NCBI GenBank assembly: GCA_044223005.1
Contig: JBGAML010000011.1
Coordinates: forward strand, 9,169-73,168
Length of the DNA stretch: 64,000 bases
Origin: Candidatus Eiseniibacteriota bacterium
GTDB lineage: Bacteria > Eisenbacteria > RBG-16-71-46
Reading direction: 5' to 3'
Shown piece by piece: positions 36,893-46,972 of the stretch; the first letter of the stretch is position 1, and each line of letters begins with the position of its first letter. The translations under genes were made by a program, and so were the position numbers. The notes under the pieces were generated by a model that had not been told where the DNA came from, ran no database searches, and saw nothing but the letters and a program-made list of their open reading frames with translations.

Positions 36893-37799
36893 GCCGGTGC
36901 TGCGGCGCGAGACGCTGGAATTCCTGCTCGGCGGCCCCGGGCTCTACCTCGACGCGACCCTCGGCGACGGCGGGCACTCGCTCGCGCTGCTCGAGGCCGA
37001 TGCAGGCGTGCGGCTGCTCGGCTGCGACCGGGACCCGGCCGCGCTGCGCGTCGCCGGCGAGCGCCTCGCGCGCTTCGGGGACCGTGTGATGCTCCGGCAC
37101 GCCGCGTTCCGCGACCTGCCCGGTGCGCACCGGGACGCGGGCGGCGAGCCGCTGGCCGGCGCCCTGTTCGACTTCGGCCTGTCCTCGCGCCAGATCGACG
37201 ATCCCGCGCGCGGCATCAGCTTCTCGCAGGACGGACCGCTCGACATGCGGATGGATCCCACGGCGGGCGACGCGCTGTCGGCGCGGCTCGCGCGCGCGGA
37301 CGAGGCCGAGGTCGCGCAGGTGCTGCGCGAGTACGGCGACGTGCGCGGCGCGGCGCGGCTCGCGCGTGCGCTGGTCGCCGCGGCGCGCGAGGGCGCGCTC
37401 GCGACCACGCGCCAGCTCGCGGACCTGACCGGCCGCACGCTGGCCGACCGCCGTCCCGGTGCGCTCGCTCCGGTCTTCCAGGCGCTGCGCGTCTGGGTGA
37501 ACGACGAGATGGGAGAGATCGACGCGGCACTGGACTGGCTGCCCGGCGCGATGCGCGACGGCGGCCGGGTGGTGACGCTCGCGTACCACTCCGGCGAGGA
37601 TCGCCGGGTGAAGCACGCGCTGCGCGGTGCGCCGCGCGTGACGCCGAATCGCCGCCGGCCCGTCATGGATGACGGGGCGGCGGCGGGACCGTGGGAGGAA
37701 CTGACGCGGAAGGTCGTCGTCCCCTCCGACGAGGAGCAGCAGGGCAACCCGCGCGCACGCAGCGCGCGGCTCAGGGCTTTCCGGAGGAAGCCGAGATGA
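36876..37799 (+). CDS. rsmH: 16S rRNA m4C1402 methyltransferase RsmH
   Basis: HEPVL, DATLGDGGHS, DFGLSSRQID..RGISF..DGPLDMRMD, FQALRVWVNDE, YHSGEDR, NPRARSARLR. Confidence 0.95.
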   Translation: MDVRHEPVLRRETLEFLLGGPGLYLDATLGDGGHSLALLEADAGVRLLGCDRDPAALRVAGERLARFGDRVMLRHAAFRDLPGAHRDAGGEPLAGALFDFGLSSRQIDDPARGISFSQDGPLDMRMDPTAGDALSARLARADEAEVAQVLREYGDVRGAARLARALVAAAREGALATTRQLADLTGRTLADRRPGALAPVFQALRVWVNDEMGEIDAALDWLPGAMRDGGRVVTLAYHSGEDRRVKHALRGAPRVTPNRRRPVMDDGAAAGPWEELTRKVVVPSDEEQQGNPRARSARLRAFRRKPR

Positions 37800-38230
37800 A
37801 ATTCGACCGGGTCCGATCGGTCCCCTCGTGGCGCGTTTCGGACACGCGCGCGTTCCGGCCCCACCTGGCGCTCGCCGCGGTGGCGGTGATGGGCGTCCTG
37901 CTCATGGAGGTCTGGCAGTGCTCCACCGTGGCCAGCCTGAGCGAGCAGGTCGGCCGCGCGACGCACTCGCTGCAGCAGGCGAGCGCCGAGTACGAATGGA
38001 CGCGCGCGCAGCTCGAGCGGGCGTCGAGCCGCACGTCCCTGGGACCGGTCGCCGGTGCGATCGGGCTGCATCCCACGGATCCGCAGCGGATCGTGCTCCT
38101 GCCCGAGGACTACCTCGAGCCGGCCGAGTCGCGGCCGGCGCCTTCGTCGCGGTCGCTGCTCGCGCTCGCGGGCCGCGCCGTGCAATCCATCGTGCCGGAC
38201 GCCTCGGCACGCGGACGCAACGTGAACTGA
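37796..38230 (+). CDS. ftsL: Cell division protein FtsL-like
   Basis: Between rsmH and ftsI; single TM, coiled coil, then A..IGL.P motif. Confidence 0.7.
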   Translation: MKFDRVRSVPSWRVSDTRAFRPHLALAAVAVMGVLLMEVWQCSTVASLSEQVGRATHSLQQASAEYEWTRAQLERASSRTSLGPVAGAIGLHPTDPQRIVLLPEDYLEPAESRPAPSSRSLLALAGRAVQSIVPDASARGRNVN

Positions 38231-38340
38231 TTCGATCGCTCACAACTCAACGGGCGACCGGTCCGATGTGCCGGCCGCGCCGCAGCACCGCGCAAGTGGG
38301 TCGGTGGTCCGCGTGAACCACCGTTCCATGGAGGGAACAG

Positions 38341-40473
38341 TTGGCCCACAGGGACATGCGCAAGAGTCGGGTGCTGTTGGCTGCGGCCGGCCTCTTTTTC
38401 TTCCTCGCCTGCCTCTGGGTACGCGTGGCGTGGCTGCAGGTGGCGCTGCACGAGCACTTCGCCGCGCGTGCGGCCGAGAACCAGCTCCAGCGCCACAAGC
38501 TCGTGCCGCGGCGCGGCGAGCTGCTCGATCGCTCGGGCCGCGTCATGGCGCGCGACCTGCCCGTCAGCCGCGTGGCCGTCTACCGGCCGCAGCTGGGTGA
38601 CCTCGGCAAGGTCGCGAAGGCGCTCGCGCCGCTGCTCGGCCGCACGCCGGCCGCGCTCCTGCGCACGCTGCGCGAGGTGCGCGGCTTCGCGCTGATCTCG
38701 GGCGAGGTGCCGCCGGAGGTGGGCGACCGCGTGCGCGCACTGCGCCTGGGCGGCGTGGTGGTCGAGGACGACACGCGCCGTGACTATCGCTACGGCGTCG
38801 CGGCGAGCGAGGTGCTCGGCCGCACGAACCGCGACAACGTCGGCGCCGACGGGCTGGAGCTGCAGTACGACGCCGAACTCGGCGGCCAGTCGGGGTGGGA
38901 GACCATGGTGCGCGCGGGGACTTCGCGCGTGCTGCGGCTGCCCGGCGCCGACGGCCGTCCGGCCCGCGACGGCGCCTCGCTGGTCACGACGATCGACGCC
39001 GACCTGCAGGCGAGTCTCGAGCAGCACCTCGCGCGCGCCGTGGATACGCTGCACGCGCAGCGCGGTTTCGCCGTCTTCCTCGACCCGTGGACGGGCGAGG
39101 TGCGCGCGGCGGCGTGCGTGCCGCACCTGCCGCCGGGCAAGGCCAAGAACTGGAACGTTACCGACCAGTACGAGCCCGGCTCGACGTTCAAGATCGTGGT
39201 CGCGGGTGCGTCGCTCGAGGAAGGCACGGCGCGTCCCGACGAGTACTTCGTCGCCGGTCACGAGCTCGACGTGCCGGGGCGGCCCATCCACGACTCGCAC
39301 GAGCACCCGGGCTACACGTTCTTCGGCGCGGTGCAGAACTCGAGCAACATCGTCTGCGCCAAGCTCGGCATGCGCCTGGGCGCCGAGCGGCTCTACCGCT
39401 ACGCGACCTCGCTCGGGTTCGGCGAACTGACCGGGCTCGAGTTCCCCGGTGAGACGAGCGGCAAGCTGCGGCCCGTCTCCGCGTGGCAGCCGCGCTCGAC
39501 GCCGACCATTTCGATCGGGCAGGAAGTGGCGGTGACGCCGCTGCAGCTGGCGCTCGCGTACGGCGCGATCGCCAACGGCGGCGTGCTCATGGCGCCGCTG
39601 CTCACGCGCGAACTGCGCGGCGCCGACGGCCGCGTGCTGCGCCGCTGGGAGCCGCAGCCGACGCGGCGCGTGTTCAGCGAGGCCACGACCTCGGAGCTGC
39701 GCCAGATGCTGTGCGCCGTGGTCGACAGCGGCACCGCGACCGCCGCGCGCCTGCACGGCCTGCGCGTCGCGGGCAAGACCGGCACCGCGCAGAAGGTCGA
39801 CATGGTCACGCACCGCTACGGTGCAGGCATGTACATCTCGTCGTTCGCCGGGTTCGCGCCCGCCGACCATCCGCGTCTCGTGGGCGTCGTCGTGATCGAC
39901 GAACCGCGCGGCTCGATCTACTACGGCGGCCAGGCGGCCGCGCCCGTCTTCCGCGAAGTCATGCTCGACCTGATGCGCCAGCCCGACGGTCTGCTGGGGC
40001 CGTCGAGCAGCCCCATCGCCGCGCGTCCGCCGGAGCTGCCCGCCGTCACCGCGCCCGACCTGCGCCTGCTGCCCGCGCGCGAAGCCGAACGCCGGCTGCG
40101 CGACTTCGGCCTGCGCGCGCACTTCGAGGGCGACGGCCCGCGCGTCCTTTCGCAGTCGCCCGCCGCCGGTGCTCCCGTGGAGCGCGGCGGTGCGGTCGTC
40201 GCCTATCTTTCGCCGCCTCGGGATTCGCTCGGCCGGACGCTGCCCGACCTGGTCGGGATGCCGGTCCGCGAGGCGTTGCGCCAACTCTCGCTGCGCCAGG
40301 TCAAGGTCCACCTCGAAGGCAGTGGACTCGTCGTGCGCCAGGAACCGTCGCCGGGAACGGCGCTGCCCCTCGCGGGTGGCTGCCGCCTCTGGTGCTCGGA
40401 CTCCGGCGTCGCGTCGGGTCCCACGCGCCCGGACGAGGAGGCCCTGGCCGCGGTGCCGACGCGCCGGCCGTGA
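38341..40473 (+). CDS. ftsI: Class B penicillin-binding protein FtsI with two PASTA domains
   Basis: RGELLDRSG, YEPGSTFK (SxxK), SSN, KTGTAQK; two C-terminal PASTA repeats; TTG start after GGAGG. Confidence 0.93.
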   Translation: MAHRDMRKSRVLLAAAGLFFFLACLWVRVAWLQVALHEHFAARAAENQLQRHKLVPRRGELLDRSGRVMARDLPVSRVAVYRPQLGDLGKVAKALAPLLGRTPAALLRTLREVRGFALISGEVPPEVGDRVRALRLGGVVVEDDTRRDYRYGVAASEVLGRTNRDNVGADGLELQYDAELGGQSGWETMVRAGTSRVLRLPGADGRPARDGASLVTTIDADLQASLEQHLARAVDTLHAQRGFAVFLDPWTGEVRAAACVPHLPPGKAKNWNVTDQYEPGSTFKIVVAGASLEEGTARPDEYFVAGHELDVPGRPIHDSHEHPGYTFFGAVQNSSNIVCAKLGMRLGAERLYRYATSLGFGELTGLEFPGETSGKLRPVSAWQPRSTPTISIGQEVAVTPLQLALAYGAIANGGVLMAPLLTRELRGADGRVLRRWEPQPTRRVFSEATTSELRQMLCAVVDSGTATAARLHGLRVAGKTGTAQKVDMVTHRYGAGMYISSFAGFAPADHPRLVGVVVIDEPRGSIYYGGQAAAPVFREVMLDLMRQPDGLLGPSSSPIAARPPELPAVTAPDLRLLPAREAERRLRDFGLRAHFEGDGPRVLSQSPAAGAPVERGGAVVAYLSPPRDSLGRTLPDLVGMPVREALRQLSLRQVKVHLEGSGLVVRQEPSPGTALPLAGGCRLWCSDSGVASGPTRPDEEALAAVPTRRP

Positions 40474-41960
40474 CGCTGCGCGAGCTGCTGGCCGCGCTGC
40501 CGGGCGCGCGCGTGCGCGGCCCCGTGGACGCCACCGTCGCCGCGCTGACGCTCGATTCGCGCCGTGTCGGGCCGGGGCACGTGTTCTTCGCCCTGCCGGG
40601 TGCGAAGGCCGACGGGGCGCGCTTCGCGGCCGCCGCGATCGCCGCCGGCGCGATCGCCGTGGTCGGACCGCCGGGACTCGCGGCCGACGGCACGACGGTG
40701 GTCGAGGTGGACGATCCGCGGCTCGCGCTCGCGCAGGCCGCGTGCGCGTTCCAGGGCGAGCCCTCGCGCGCGATGCGCGTCGTCGCGGTGACGGGCACCA
40801 ACGGCAAGACGACCACGACGTACCTTCTCGAGGCGATCTTCACCGCCGCCGGCTGGCGCGCAGGCGTGATCGGCACCACGGGTATCCGCATCGACGGCGA
40901 GGTGCGCCCGAGCGCGTTCACGACCCCCGAGGCGCCCGAGCTGCAGGGCCTGCTCGCGACCATGCGCGAGCGCGGCGTGCAGGCGGTGGCGATGGAGGCG
41001 AGCAGTCACGCGCTCGCGCAGCGCCGCACGTGGGGGCTCGCGGTGGACGTCGCGATCTTCACCAACCTGACGCAGGACCACCTCGACTTCCACGGCACCA
41101 TGGACGCGTACCGGGACGCCAAGCTCATGCTGTTCGACGGCCGCAACGGGCCCGCGGCCAAGTCCGCGGTCGCGGTCGTGAACGCCGACGATCCGGCGGC
41201 CGGGCAGGTGATCGCGGCGGCGCGCGCGGGCGGGATGGAGGCGTGGAGCTTCGGCGGGCCCGCGGGCGATCGCGCGCTGGACGTCGCGCTCGAGCGCGTC
41301 GCGCCCGGCCCCGGCGGGCTCGAGCTGCGGCTCGTCACCGATCGCGCCGGCGAGCCGGCCGAGCGCACGCTCGCGCTGCCGATGCTCGGGCGCTACAACG
41401 CGTGGAACGCCGCCGGCGCCTACGCCGCGGCACTCGCGCTCGGGCTCTCGGCCGAGGAGATCGAGACCGGCCTGCGCAGCTTCCGCGGGGTTCCCGGGCG
41501 CCTCGAGCGCGTGGACGCCGGGCAGCCGTTCACGCTCGTGGTCGATTACGCGCACACGCCCGACGCGCTCGAGCGCGCGCTGGCCGCGTGCCGCGAGCAC
41601 ACCACGTCGCGCGTCCTGTGCGTCTTCGGCTGTGGCGGCGACCGCGACCGCGGCAAGCGGCCGCAGATGGGCGCGCTCGCCGCACGGCTCGCCGATCGCG
41701 CCTGGGTGACCAACGACAATCCGCGCTCCGAAGACCCGGACGCGATCGCCGCCGAGATCGTCGCGGGCGCGCCCGCGGGCGGGCTCGTCACGATCCTCGA
41801 TCGCCGCGCGGCGATCGCCGCCGCCGTCGCCGAGGCGCGGCCCGGCGACGTCGTGCTGGTGGCGGGCAAGGGGCACGAGAGCACGCAGACGATCGGCGAC
41901 CAGGTGACGCCGTTCGACGACCGCGTGGTGGCGCGCGAAGCGCTGGAGGCGCGCCGATGA
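40470..41960 (+). CDS. murE: UDP-MurNAc-L-Ala-D-Glu:meso-DAP ligase MurE
   Basis: VTGTNGKTT, TTPEA, DHLDFH, VDYAHTPD, FGCGGDRDRGKR, DNPR (DAP-specific), AGKGHE. Confidence 0.96.
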   Translation: MTLRELLAALPGARVRGPVDATVAALTLDSRRVGPGHVFFALPGAKADGARFAAAAIAAGAIAVVGPPGLAADGTTVVEVDDPRLALAQAACAFQGEPSRAMRVVAVTGTNGKTTTTYLLEAIFTAAGWRAGVIGTTGIRIDGEVRPSAFTTPEAPELQGLLATMRERGVQAVAMEASSHALAQRRTWGLAVDVAIFTNLTQDHLDFHGTMDAYRDAKLMLFDGRNGPAAKSAVAVVNADDPAAGQVIAAARAGGMEAWSFGGPAGDRALDVALERVAPGPGGLELRLVTDRAGEPAERTLALPMLGRYNAWNAAGAYAAALALGLSAEEIETGLRSFRGVPGRLERVDAGQPFTLVVDYAHTPDALERALAACREHTTSRVLCVFGCGGDRDRGKRPQMGALAARLADRAWVTNDNPRSEDPDAIAAEIVAGAPAGGLVTILDRRAAIAAAVAEARPGDVVLVAGKGHESTQTIGDQVTPFDDRVVAREALEARR

Positions 41961-43366
41961 GCGCCAACCCGCCGGCGATCACGCTGGTCCAGCTCGCCCA
42001 GTGGGCGAACGGCGATCTCGTCGTGACGCGCATGCCCGAGGGCGCCGCGGCGCGCGAGGCGTTCCTCGCGAGCGGCGTCACGGGCGCCTCGATCGACACG
42101 CGCACGGTGGCGCCGGGCATGCTGTTCGCGCCGCTCCCGGGCAGCCGCGCCGACGGTCACGCGTTCCTCGACGAGGCGTTCGCGCGCGGCGCCGCCGCGG
42201 CCTTCTGCGATCGCGCGGTGCATCCGCGCATCGCGCACCTCGATCTGGGGCCGCTCGTCGTCGTGGACGACGTCACGGCGGCGCTGCAGCGCGTCGCGAA
42301 GCGCTATCGCGAGGCGTGGCCGGGCCTGCTGGTGGGACTGACCGGCAGCGCCGGCAAGACCACCACCAAGGAACTCGTCGCCACCGCGCTCGCCACCGAA
42401 GCGCCGGTCCTGCGCACGCAGGGCAACCTGAACAACCATTGGGGCGTGCCGCTCACGCTGCTCGCGCTGCGGCGCGAGCACCAGGCGGCGGTCGTCGAGA
42501 TGGGCATGAACCACGCGGGCGAGATCGCCGCGCTGGCCGAGATCGCGCAGCCGACCGCCGCGGTCGTGACCAACGCCGGCGTCGCGCACCTCGAGCACCT
42601 CGGCTCGCTCGAGGCGATCGCGGCCGAGAAGGCCTCGCTCGTGCACGCGCTGCGCCCGAACCAGCCGGCGTTCGTCGGCGCCGATTCGCCGCGCCTCGTG
42701 GCCGCGACGCGGGGCGCGAAGGCCGCGATCACCACCTACGGCTTCGAGCCGGGCGCCGACGTGCGGCCCGCGCGCTGGGAGGACTTGGGGCCCGAGGGCT
42801 CGCGGCTCGAAGTGGCGGGCTTCCCGCCGCTGCACCTCAAGCTCGTCGGCCGCCACCAGGCGGCCAACGCGCTCGCGGCGCTGGCCGTGGCCCGGCACTG
42901 GAAGCTCGATCCCGAGAAGGTGGTCGCGGCGCTCGCCGCGCACGCCCCGCTGCCGGGGCGCATGGAAGTGCTGCGTGCGGGCGGCGCGGTGATCCTCAAG
43001 GACTGCTACAACGCCAACCCGGATTCGACGGCGGCGGCGCTGGAGACGCTCGCCGGCTGGCCCGGCGCCGGGCGCCGGATCGCCATCCTGGGCGACATGC
43101 TGGAACTGGGCGCCACGGCGGCGGCATTGCACCGCGAGACGGGGGAGAAGGTCCGGGAGGCGGAGTTGTGGACAGTGGGCGACCATGCGAGCGACTATGC
43201 CGCGGGTGCGCGCCGGGCCCGGGTGGAGGCGCGCGTGTTCGCCGACAAGCCTGCCGTCGCGGCCGCGCTGCGCGAGGCGCTGGCGCCGGGGGTGGTCGTG
43301 CTGGTCAAGGGTTCGCGGGGCGCCGCACTCGAACAGGTGCTCGCAGGGTTGCCGGGGGAGGGCTGA
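41957..43366 (+). CDS. murF: UDP-MurNAc-tripeptide D-Ala-D-Ala ligase MurF
   Basis: TGSAGKTTTKE, NLNNHWGVPLT, EMGMNHAGEI, DCYNANP, GDMLELG, VKGSRG. Confidence 0.96.
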   Translation: MSANPPAITLVQLAQWANGDLVVTRMPEGAAAREAFLASGVTGASIDTRTVAPGMLFAPLPGSRADGHAFLDEAFARGAAAAFCDRAVHPRIAHLDLGPLVVVDDVTAALQRVAKRYREAWPGLLVGLTGSAGKTTTKELVATALATEAPVLRTQGNLNNHWGVPLTLLALRREHQAAVVEMGMNHAGEIAALAEIAQPTAAVVTNAGVAHLEHLGSLEAIAAEKASLVHALRPNQPAFVGADSPRLVAATRGAKAAITTYGFEPGADVRPARWEDLGPEGSRLEVAGFPPLHLKLVGRHQAANALAALAVARHWKLDPEKVVAALAAHAPLPGRMEVLRAGGAVILKDCYNANPDSTAAALETLAGWPGAGRRIAILGDMLELGATAAALHRETGEKVREAELWTVGDHASDYAAGARRARVEARVFADKPAVAAALREALAPGVVVLVKGSRGAALEQVLAGLPGEG

Positions 43367-43367
43367 C

Positions 43368-44459
43368 GTGTTCTACGAGTGGATCTACCCGCTGCACAAG
43401 CTCGCCGGCCTCTCGGCCCTGAACGTCTTCCGCTACATCACGTTCCGATCCGCCTACGCGGCCGTGACCGCGCTGCTCATCAGCCTGCTGCTCGGGCCGC
43501 GCATGATCGAGTGGCTGCGCGCGGTCAAGCTCGGGCAGAAGGTGCGCCAGGACGGGCCGCAGTCGCACTACGGCAAGGCGGGCACGCCGACCATGGGCGG
43601 GTTGCTGATCCTCGCGGCGATCGTGGTGCCGTGCCTGCTCTGGGGCAACTTCCACTCGCGCCAGATGTGGCTCGCGCTCGGCGGCACGGTGTGGCTCGGC
43701 GGGCTCGGGTTCCTCGACGACTGGCTGCGCGTGGTGAAGAACCTGCCCAAGGGCCTGCTCGGCCGCTACAAGCTCGTCGGCCAGGTGATCGCCGGGCTCG
43801 CGGTCGGGCTCGCGATCGTGCTCTGGCCCGAGCCGGGCCTCTCGCCGACGGTGACGCACGTGCCGTTCCTCAAGTTCCGCTACATCGATTTCGGGCTGCT
43901 GTTCGTGCCCTTCGTGGTGTTCGTGGTCACCGGCGCATCCAACGCGGTGAACCTCACCGACGGCCTCGACGGCCTCGCCTCGGGACTCGTGGCGATCGCC
44001 GCCCTCGCGTTCGCGGGCATCTGCTACCTGAGCGGCCACGCGCGCTTCTCGGCCTACCTGAACCTCGACTTCCTGCCGTACACGGGCGAACTCACGGTCT
44101 TCTGCGCCGCGGTGCTCGGCGCCTCGCTCGGCTTCCTCTGGTACAACTGCCACCCCGCGAACGTGTTCATGGGCGACACCGGTTCGCTGTCGCTGGGCGG
44201 CGCGCTCGGCATCGTCTCCGTGCTCATCAAGCGCGAGTTCTGGCTCGTGCTCGTGGGCGGCGTGTTCGTCGCCGAGGCGCTGTCGGTGATGATCCAGGTC
44301 GCCTCGTTCAAGCTCACCGGCCGGCGGGTCTTCCGCATGGCCCCGCTCCATCACCATTTCGAGCTCATGGGCTGGGCCGAGTCGCGCGTGGTGCTGCGCT
44401 TCTACATCGCGGCCGCGCTGCTCGCCCTGCTCTCGCTCTCGACCTTCAAGCTGCAATGA
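43368..44459 (+). CDS. mraY: Phospho-N-acetylmuramoyl-pentapeptide transferase MraY
   Basis: KAGTPTMGG, GFLDD, SNAVNLTDGLDGL, FMGDTGSL, MAPLHHHFE. Confidence 0.97.
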   Translation: MFYEWIYPLHKLAGLSALNVFRYITFRSAYAAVTALLISLLLGPRMIEWLRAVKLGQKVRQDGPQSHYGKAGTPTMGGLLILAAIVVPCLLWGNFHSRQMWLALGGTVWLGGLGFLDDWLRVVKNLPKGLLGRYKLVGQVIAGLAVGLAIVLWPEPGLSPTVTHVPFLKFRYIDFGLLFVPFVVFVVTGASNAVNLTDGLDGLASGLVAIAALAFAGICYLSGHARFSAYLNLDFLPYTGELTVFCAAVLGASLGFLWYNCHPANVFMGDTGSLSLGGALGIVSVLIKREFWLVLVGGVFVAEALSVMIQVASFKLTGRRVFRMAPLHHHFELMGWAESRVVLRFYIAAALLALLSLSTFKLQ

Positions 44460-45829
44460 CCTTCGACCTGCACCACGGCATTCCCGGCCGCCGCCCGCTC
44501 GTCGCGGGCGCGGCCCGCAGCGGCCTCGCGGCCGCCCGGCTGCTCGCGAAGCACGGCGCCGACGTGCGCCTCTGCGACCGCCGCTCCGAGGCCGAACTCG
44601 GCGAGGTCGCGCGCGCACTCGCCGCGGACGGCATCGCGGGCGACTGGGGCCGCGACGATCCCGGCCTGCTCGACGGTCGCGACCTGCTCGTCTGGAGCCC
44701 CGGCTTCCCGTTCGAGCACCCGCTCGCCGCGGGCGCGCGCGAGCGCGGCATTCCGGTGATCGGCGAACTCGAACTGGGCTTCCTCGCGGCGAAGGCGCCG
44801 CTCCTCTGCATCACCGGCACCAACGGCAAGAGCACGACCACCGACCTGACCGGCGCGCTGCTGCGCGCGGCGGGGCGCGAGGTCGAGGTCTGCGGCAACA
44901 TCGGCCGCGCGATCTGCGAGGTCGCCGAGCACGTGAGCGCTTCGGGCCTGCTGGTCGTGGAGGTGTCGTCGTTCCAGCTCGAGACCGTGCGGACGCTGAA
45001 GCCCTTCGTCGCGACGTGGCTCAACCTGACGCCCGACCACGGCGACCGCCACGGCACGTTCGAGGTCTACGGCGGCGCCAAGCAGCGGCTGTTCGAGCGC
45101 CAGGAGGAAACCGACTGGGCGGTGCTGAACGCCGACGATCCCGAGGTCGTCGCGCGCCGCACCGGCGCCGCGGGCCTGCTCGAGTTCTCGGTGCGCGGCG
45201 CGGTCGAGGAGGGCGCGTTCCTCGAGGCCGGCGAGTTGGTGATGGCGTGGCGCGGCGGCACCGAGCGGCTCATGCCGCGGCGCGACGTGCGCCTGCCGGG
45301 GCCGCACAACACCGCCAACGCGCTCGCCGCGCTCGCCACGGTGCTGCCGCTCGAACCCGCGCCGGAGACGCTGCGCGAAGTCCTGCGTACCTACGGCGGG
45401 CTCGAGCACCGGCTCGAACCGGTGGGCGAAGTGGGCGGCGTCCGGTTCGTGAACGACTCCAAGGCCACCAACGTCGGCTCCATGGAGGTCGCCCTCCAGA
45501 GCTACGACCAGAAGGTCGTCCTGATCGCCGGCGGTCGCGACAAGGGACAGGACTTCTCGCCCCTGGCCGGCCGGGTTCGCGAGGCGGTCAAGCACCTGGT
45601 GCTGATCGGCGAGGGGGCGCCGGCGATGGAGCGCGCCTGGACCGGCGTGCCGGCCGAACGCGCGACCACGCTGGCCGACGCGGTCGCGGCCGCCTGGCGT
45701 GCGGCCGGTCCCGGGGGCATCGTATTGCTCTCGCCAGGCTGCTCGTCCTTCGATATGTTCCGGGACTACGAAGACCGTGGGCGGCGCTTCAAGGACGAAG
45801 TCCGCCGGCTCTCGCAGGGAGGCGTGTAG
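44456..45829 (+). CDS. murD: UDP-MurNAc-L-Ala:D-Glu ligase MurD
   Basis: ITGTNGKSTT, GNIG, EVSSFQLE, HRLE, NDSKATN, LLSPGCSSFDMF..YEDRG. Confidence 0.96.
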   Translation: MTFDLHHGIPGRRPLVAGAARSGLAAARLLAKHGADVRLCDRRSEAELGEVARALAADGIAGDWGRDDPGLLDGRDLLVWSPGFPFEHPLAAGARERGIPVIGELELGFLAAKAPLLCITGTNGKSTTTDLTGALLRAAGREVEVCGNIGRAICEVAEHVSASGLLVVEVSSFQLETVRTLKPFVATWLNLTPDHGDRHGTFEVYGGAKQRLFERQEETDWAVLNADDPEVVARRTGAAGLLEFSVRGAVEEGAFLEAGELVMAWRGGTERLMPRRDVRLPGPHNTANALAALATVLPLEPAPETLREVLRTYGGLEHRLEPVGEVGGVRFVNDSKATNVGSMEVALQSYDQKVVLIAGGRDKGQDFSPLAGRVREAVKHLVLIGEGAPAMERAWTGVPAERATTLADAVAAAWRAAGPGGIVLLSPGCSSFDMFRDYEDRGRRFKDEVRRLSQGGV

Positions 45830-45835
45830 GGTCTG

Positions 45836-46972
45836 ATGCGTGGGGATCGCTGGCTGCTGGTACTGGCTCTCGCCCTGACGGCGGTGGGGCTGGTCATGGT
45901 GTACTCGTCCGGGTCGTTCTACGCCTTCGTGCACTACCACGACGAGAACTACTTCCTGCGCCAGCAGCTGGTTCGCACCGCCCTCGGCGTCCTGGTCCTC
46001 CTCGCCTGCGCGCGCTGGGTCAACCTGCGCCGCCTCGAGTCCGCCGCGCCCGCGCTGCTCGCCGGCGCCTGCGTGCTGCTCGTCGTGGTCGTGGTGATGG
46101 GGCACATGTCCAAGGGGGCGACCCGCTGGTTGCGCGTCGGGTTCATGTCGCTCCAGCCGACCGACCTCGCGCGTGTCGCCGCGGTGGCGTTCCTCGCGTG
46201 GTGGCTCAAGCGCCGCCCGGTCGCCGAGAACGGCTTCTGGCGCGGGCTCGTGCCGCCGCTCGCGTTCACGGGCTTCGTCGCCGCACTGATCCTCAAGCAG
46301 CCCAACCTCAGCTCGGCCGGGCTGCTGCTGCTCACCGGCTTCACCATGCTGTTCCTCTCCGGCGCCCCGATGCGCTACCTGCTCGCGCCGGTGGGCGCGG
46401 GAGCCGGATTCGTCGCCTTCGCACTCGCCACCCATCCCTACCAGATGGGGCGCGTGAAGACGTTCCTCCAGTTCCTCTTCGGCGCGCCCATGGACGCGCA
46501 CGACGCGGGCTGGCAGCTCAACCAGTCGCTGATCGCCATCGGTTCCGGTGGCGTGTTCGGCCGCGGGCTGGGCGCGGGCATGCAGAAGCTGCTCTTCCTG
46601 CCCGAAGCGCACACGGACTTCATCTTTTCCATCATCGGAGAGGAACTGGGCCTGATCGGTGCGACCGCGTTGCTGGCCGTGCTGGGCCTCTTCCTCTGGC
46701 GGGGCATGCGCGTCGCGGCGCGCTGCTCCGAACCCTTCGCCGCCTTGCTGGCGGGAGGACTCACCGTGCAGATCGGTCTCTACGCCCTGGCCAACCTGGC
46801 CGTGGCCACCGGGCTCGCGCCCACCACGGGATTGCCGCTGCCGTTCGTGTCGTACGGCGGTTCGGCGCTGCTCGTGAACCTGGCCGCGGTCGGCGTGCTC
46901 TACCGCATCAGTGCCCTGAACGGCGAAACCGAAGCGCTGGCCCGCCAGCGCTGGGCGCGGGGGACGGCATGA
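45836..46972 (+). CDS. ftsW: SEDS peptidoglycan polymerase FtsW
   Basis: GATRWL, QSLIAIGSGG..GRGLG.GMQK..FLPEAHTDFIFSIIGEELG, LPFVSYGGS. Confidence 0.95.
   Translation: MRGDRWLLVLALALTAVGLVMVYSSGSFYAFVHYHDENYFLRQQLVRTALGVLVLLACARWVNLRRLESAAPALLAGACVLLVVVVVMGHMSKGATRWLRVGFMSLQPTDLARVAAVAFLAWWLKRRPVAENGFWRGLVPPLAFTGFVAALILKQPNLSSAGLLLLTGFTMLFLSGAPMRYLLAPVGAGAGFVAFALATHPYQMGRVKTFLQFLFGAPMDAHDAGWQLNQSLIAIGSGGVFGRGLGAGMQKLLFLPEAHTDFIFSIIGEELGLIGATALLAVLGLFLWRGMRVAARCSEPFAALLAGGLTVQIGLYALANLAVATGLAPTTGLPLPFVSYGGSALLVNLAAVGVLYRISALNGETEALARQRWARGTA

Noticed and set aside
724..43366. Apparent N-terminal extensions or fusions in the ORF track (e.g. 724-3312, 27195-30572, 40169-43366)
   Set aside because: True starts are internal, at ATGA/GTGA overlaps or after SD motifs; the extensions are out-of-frame read-through of the upstream gene
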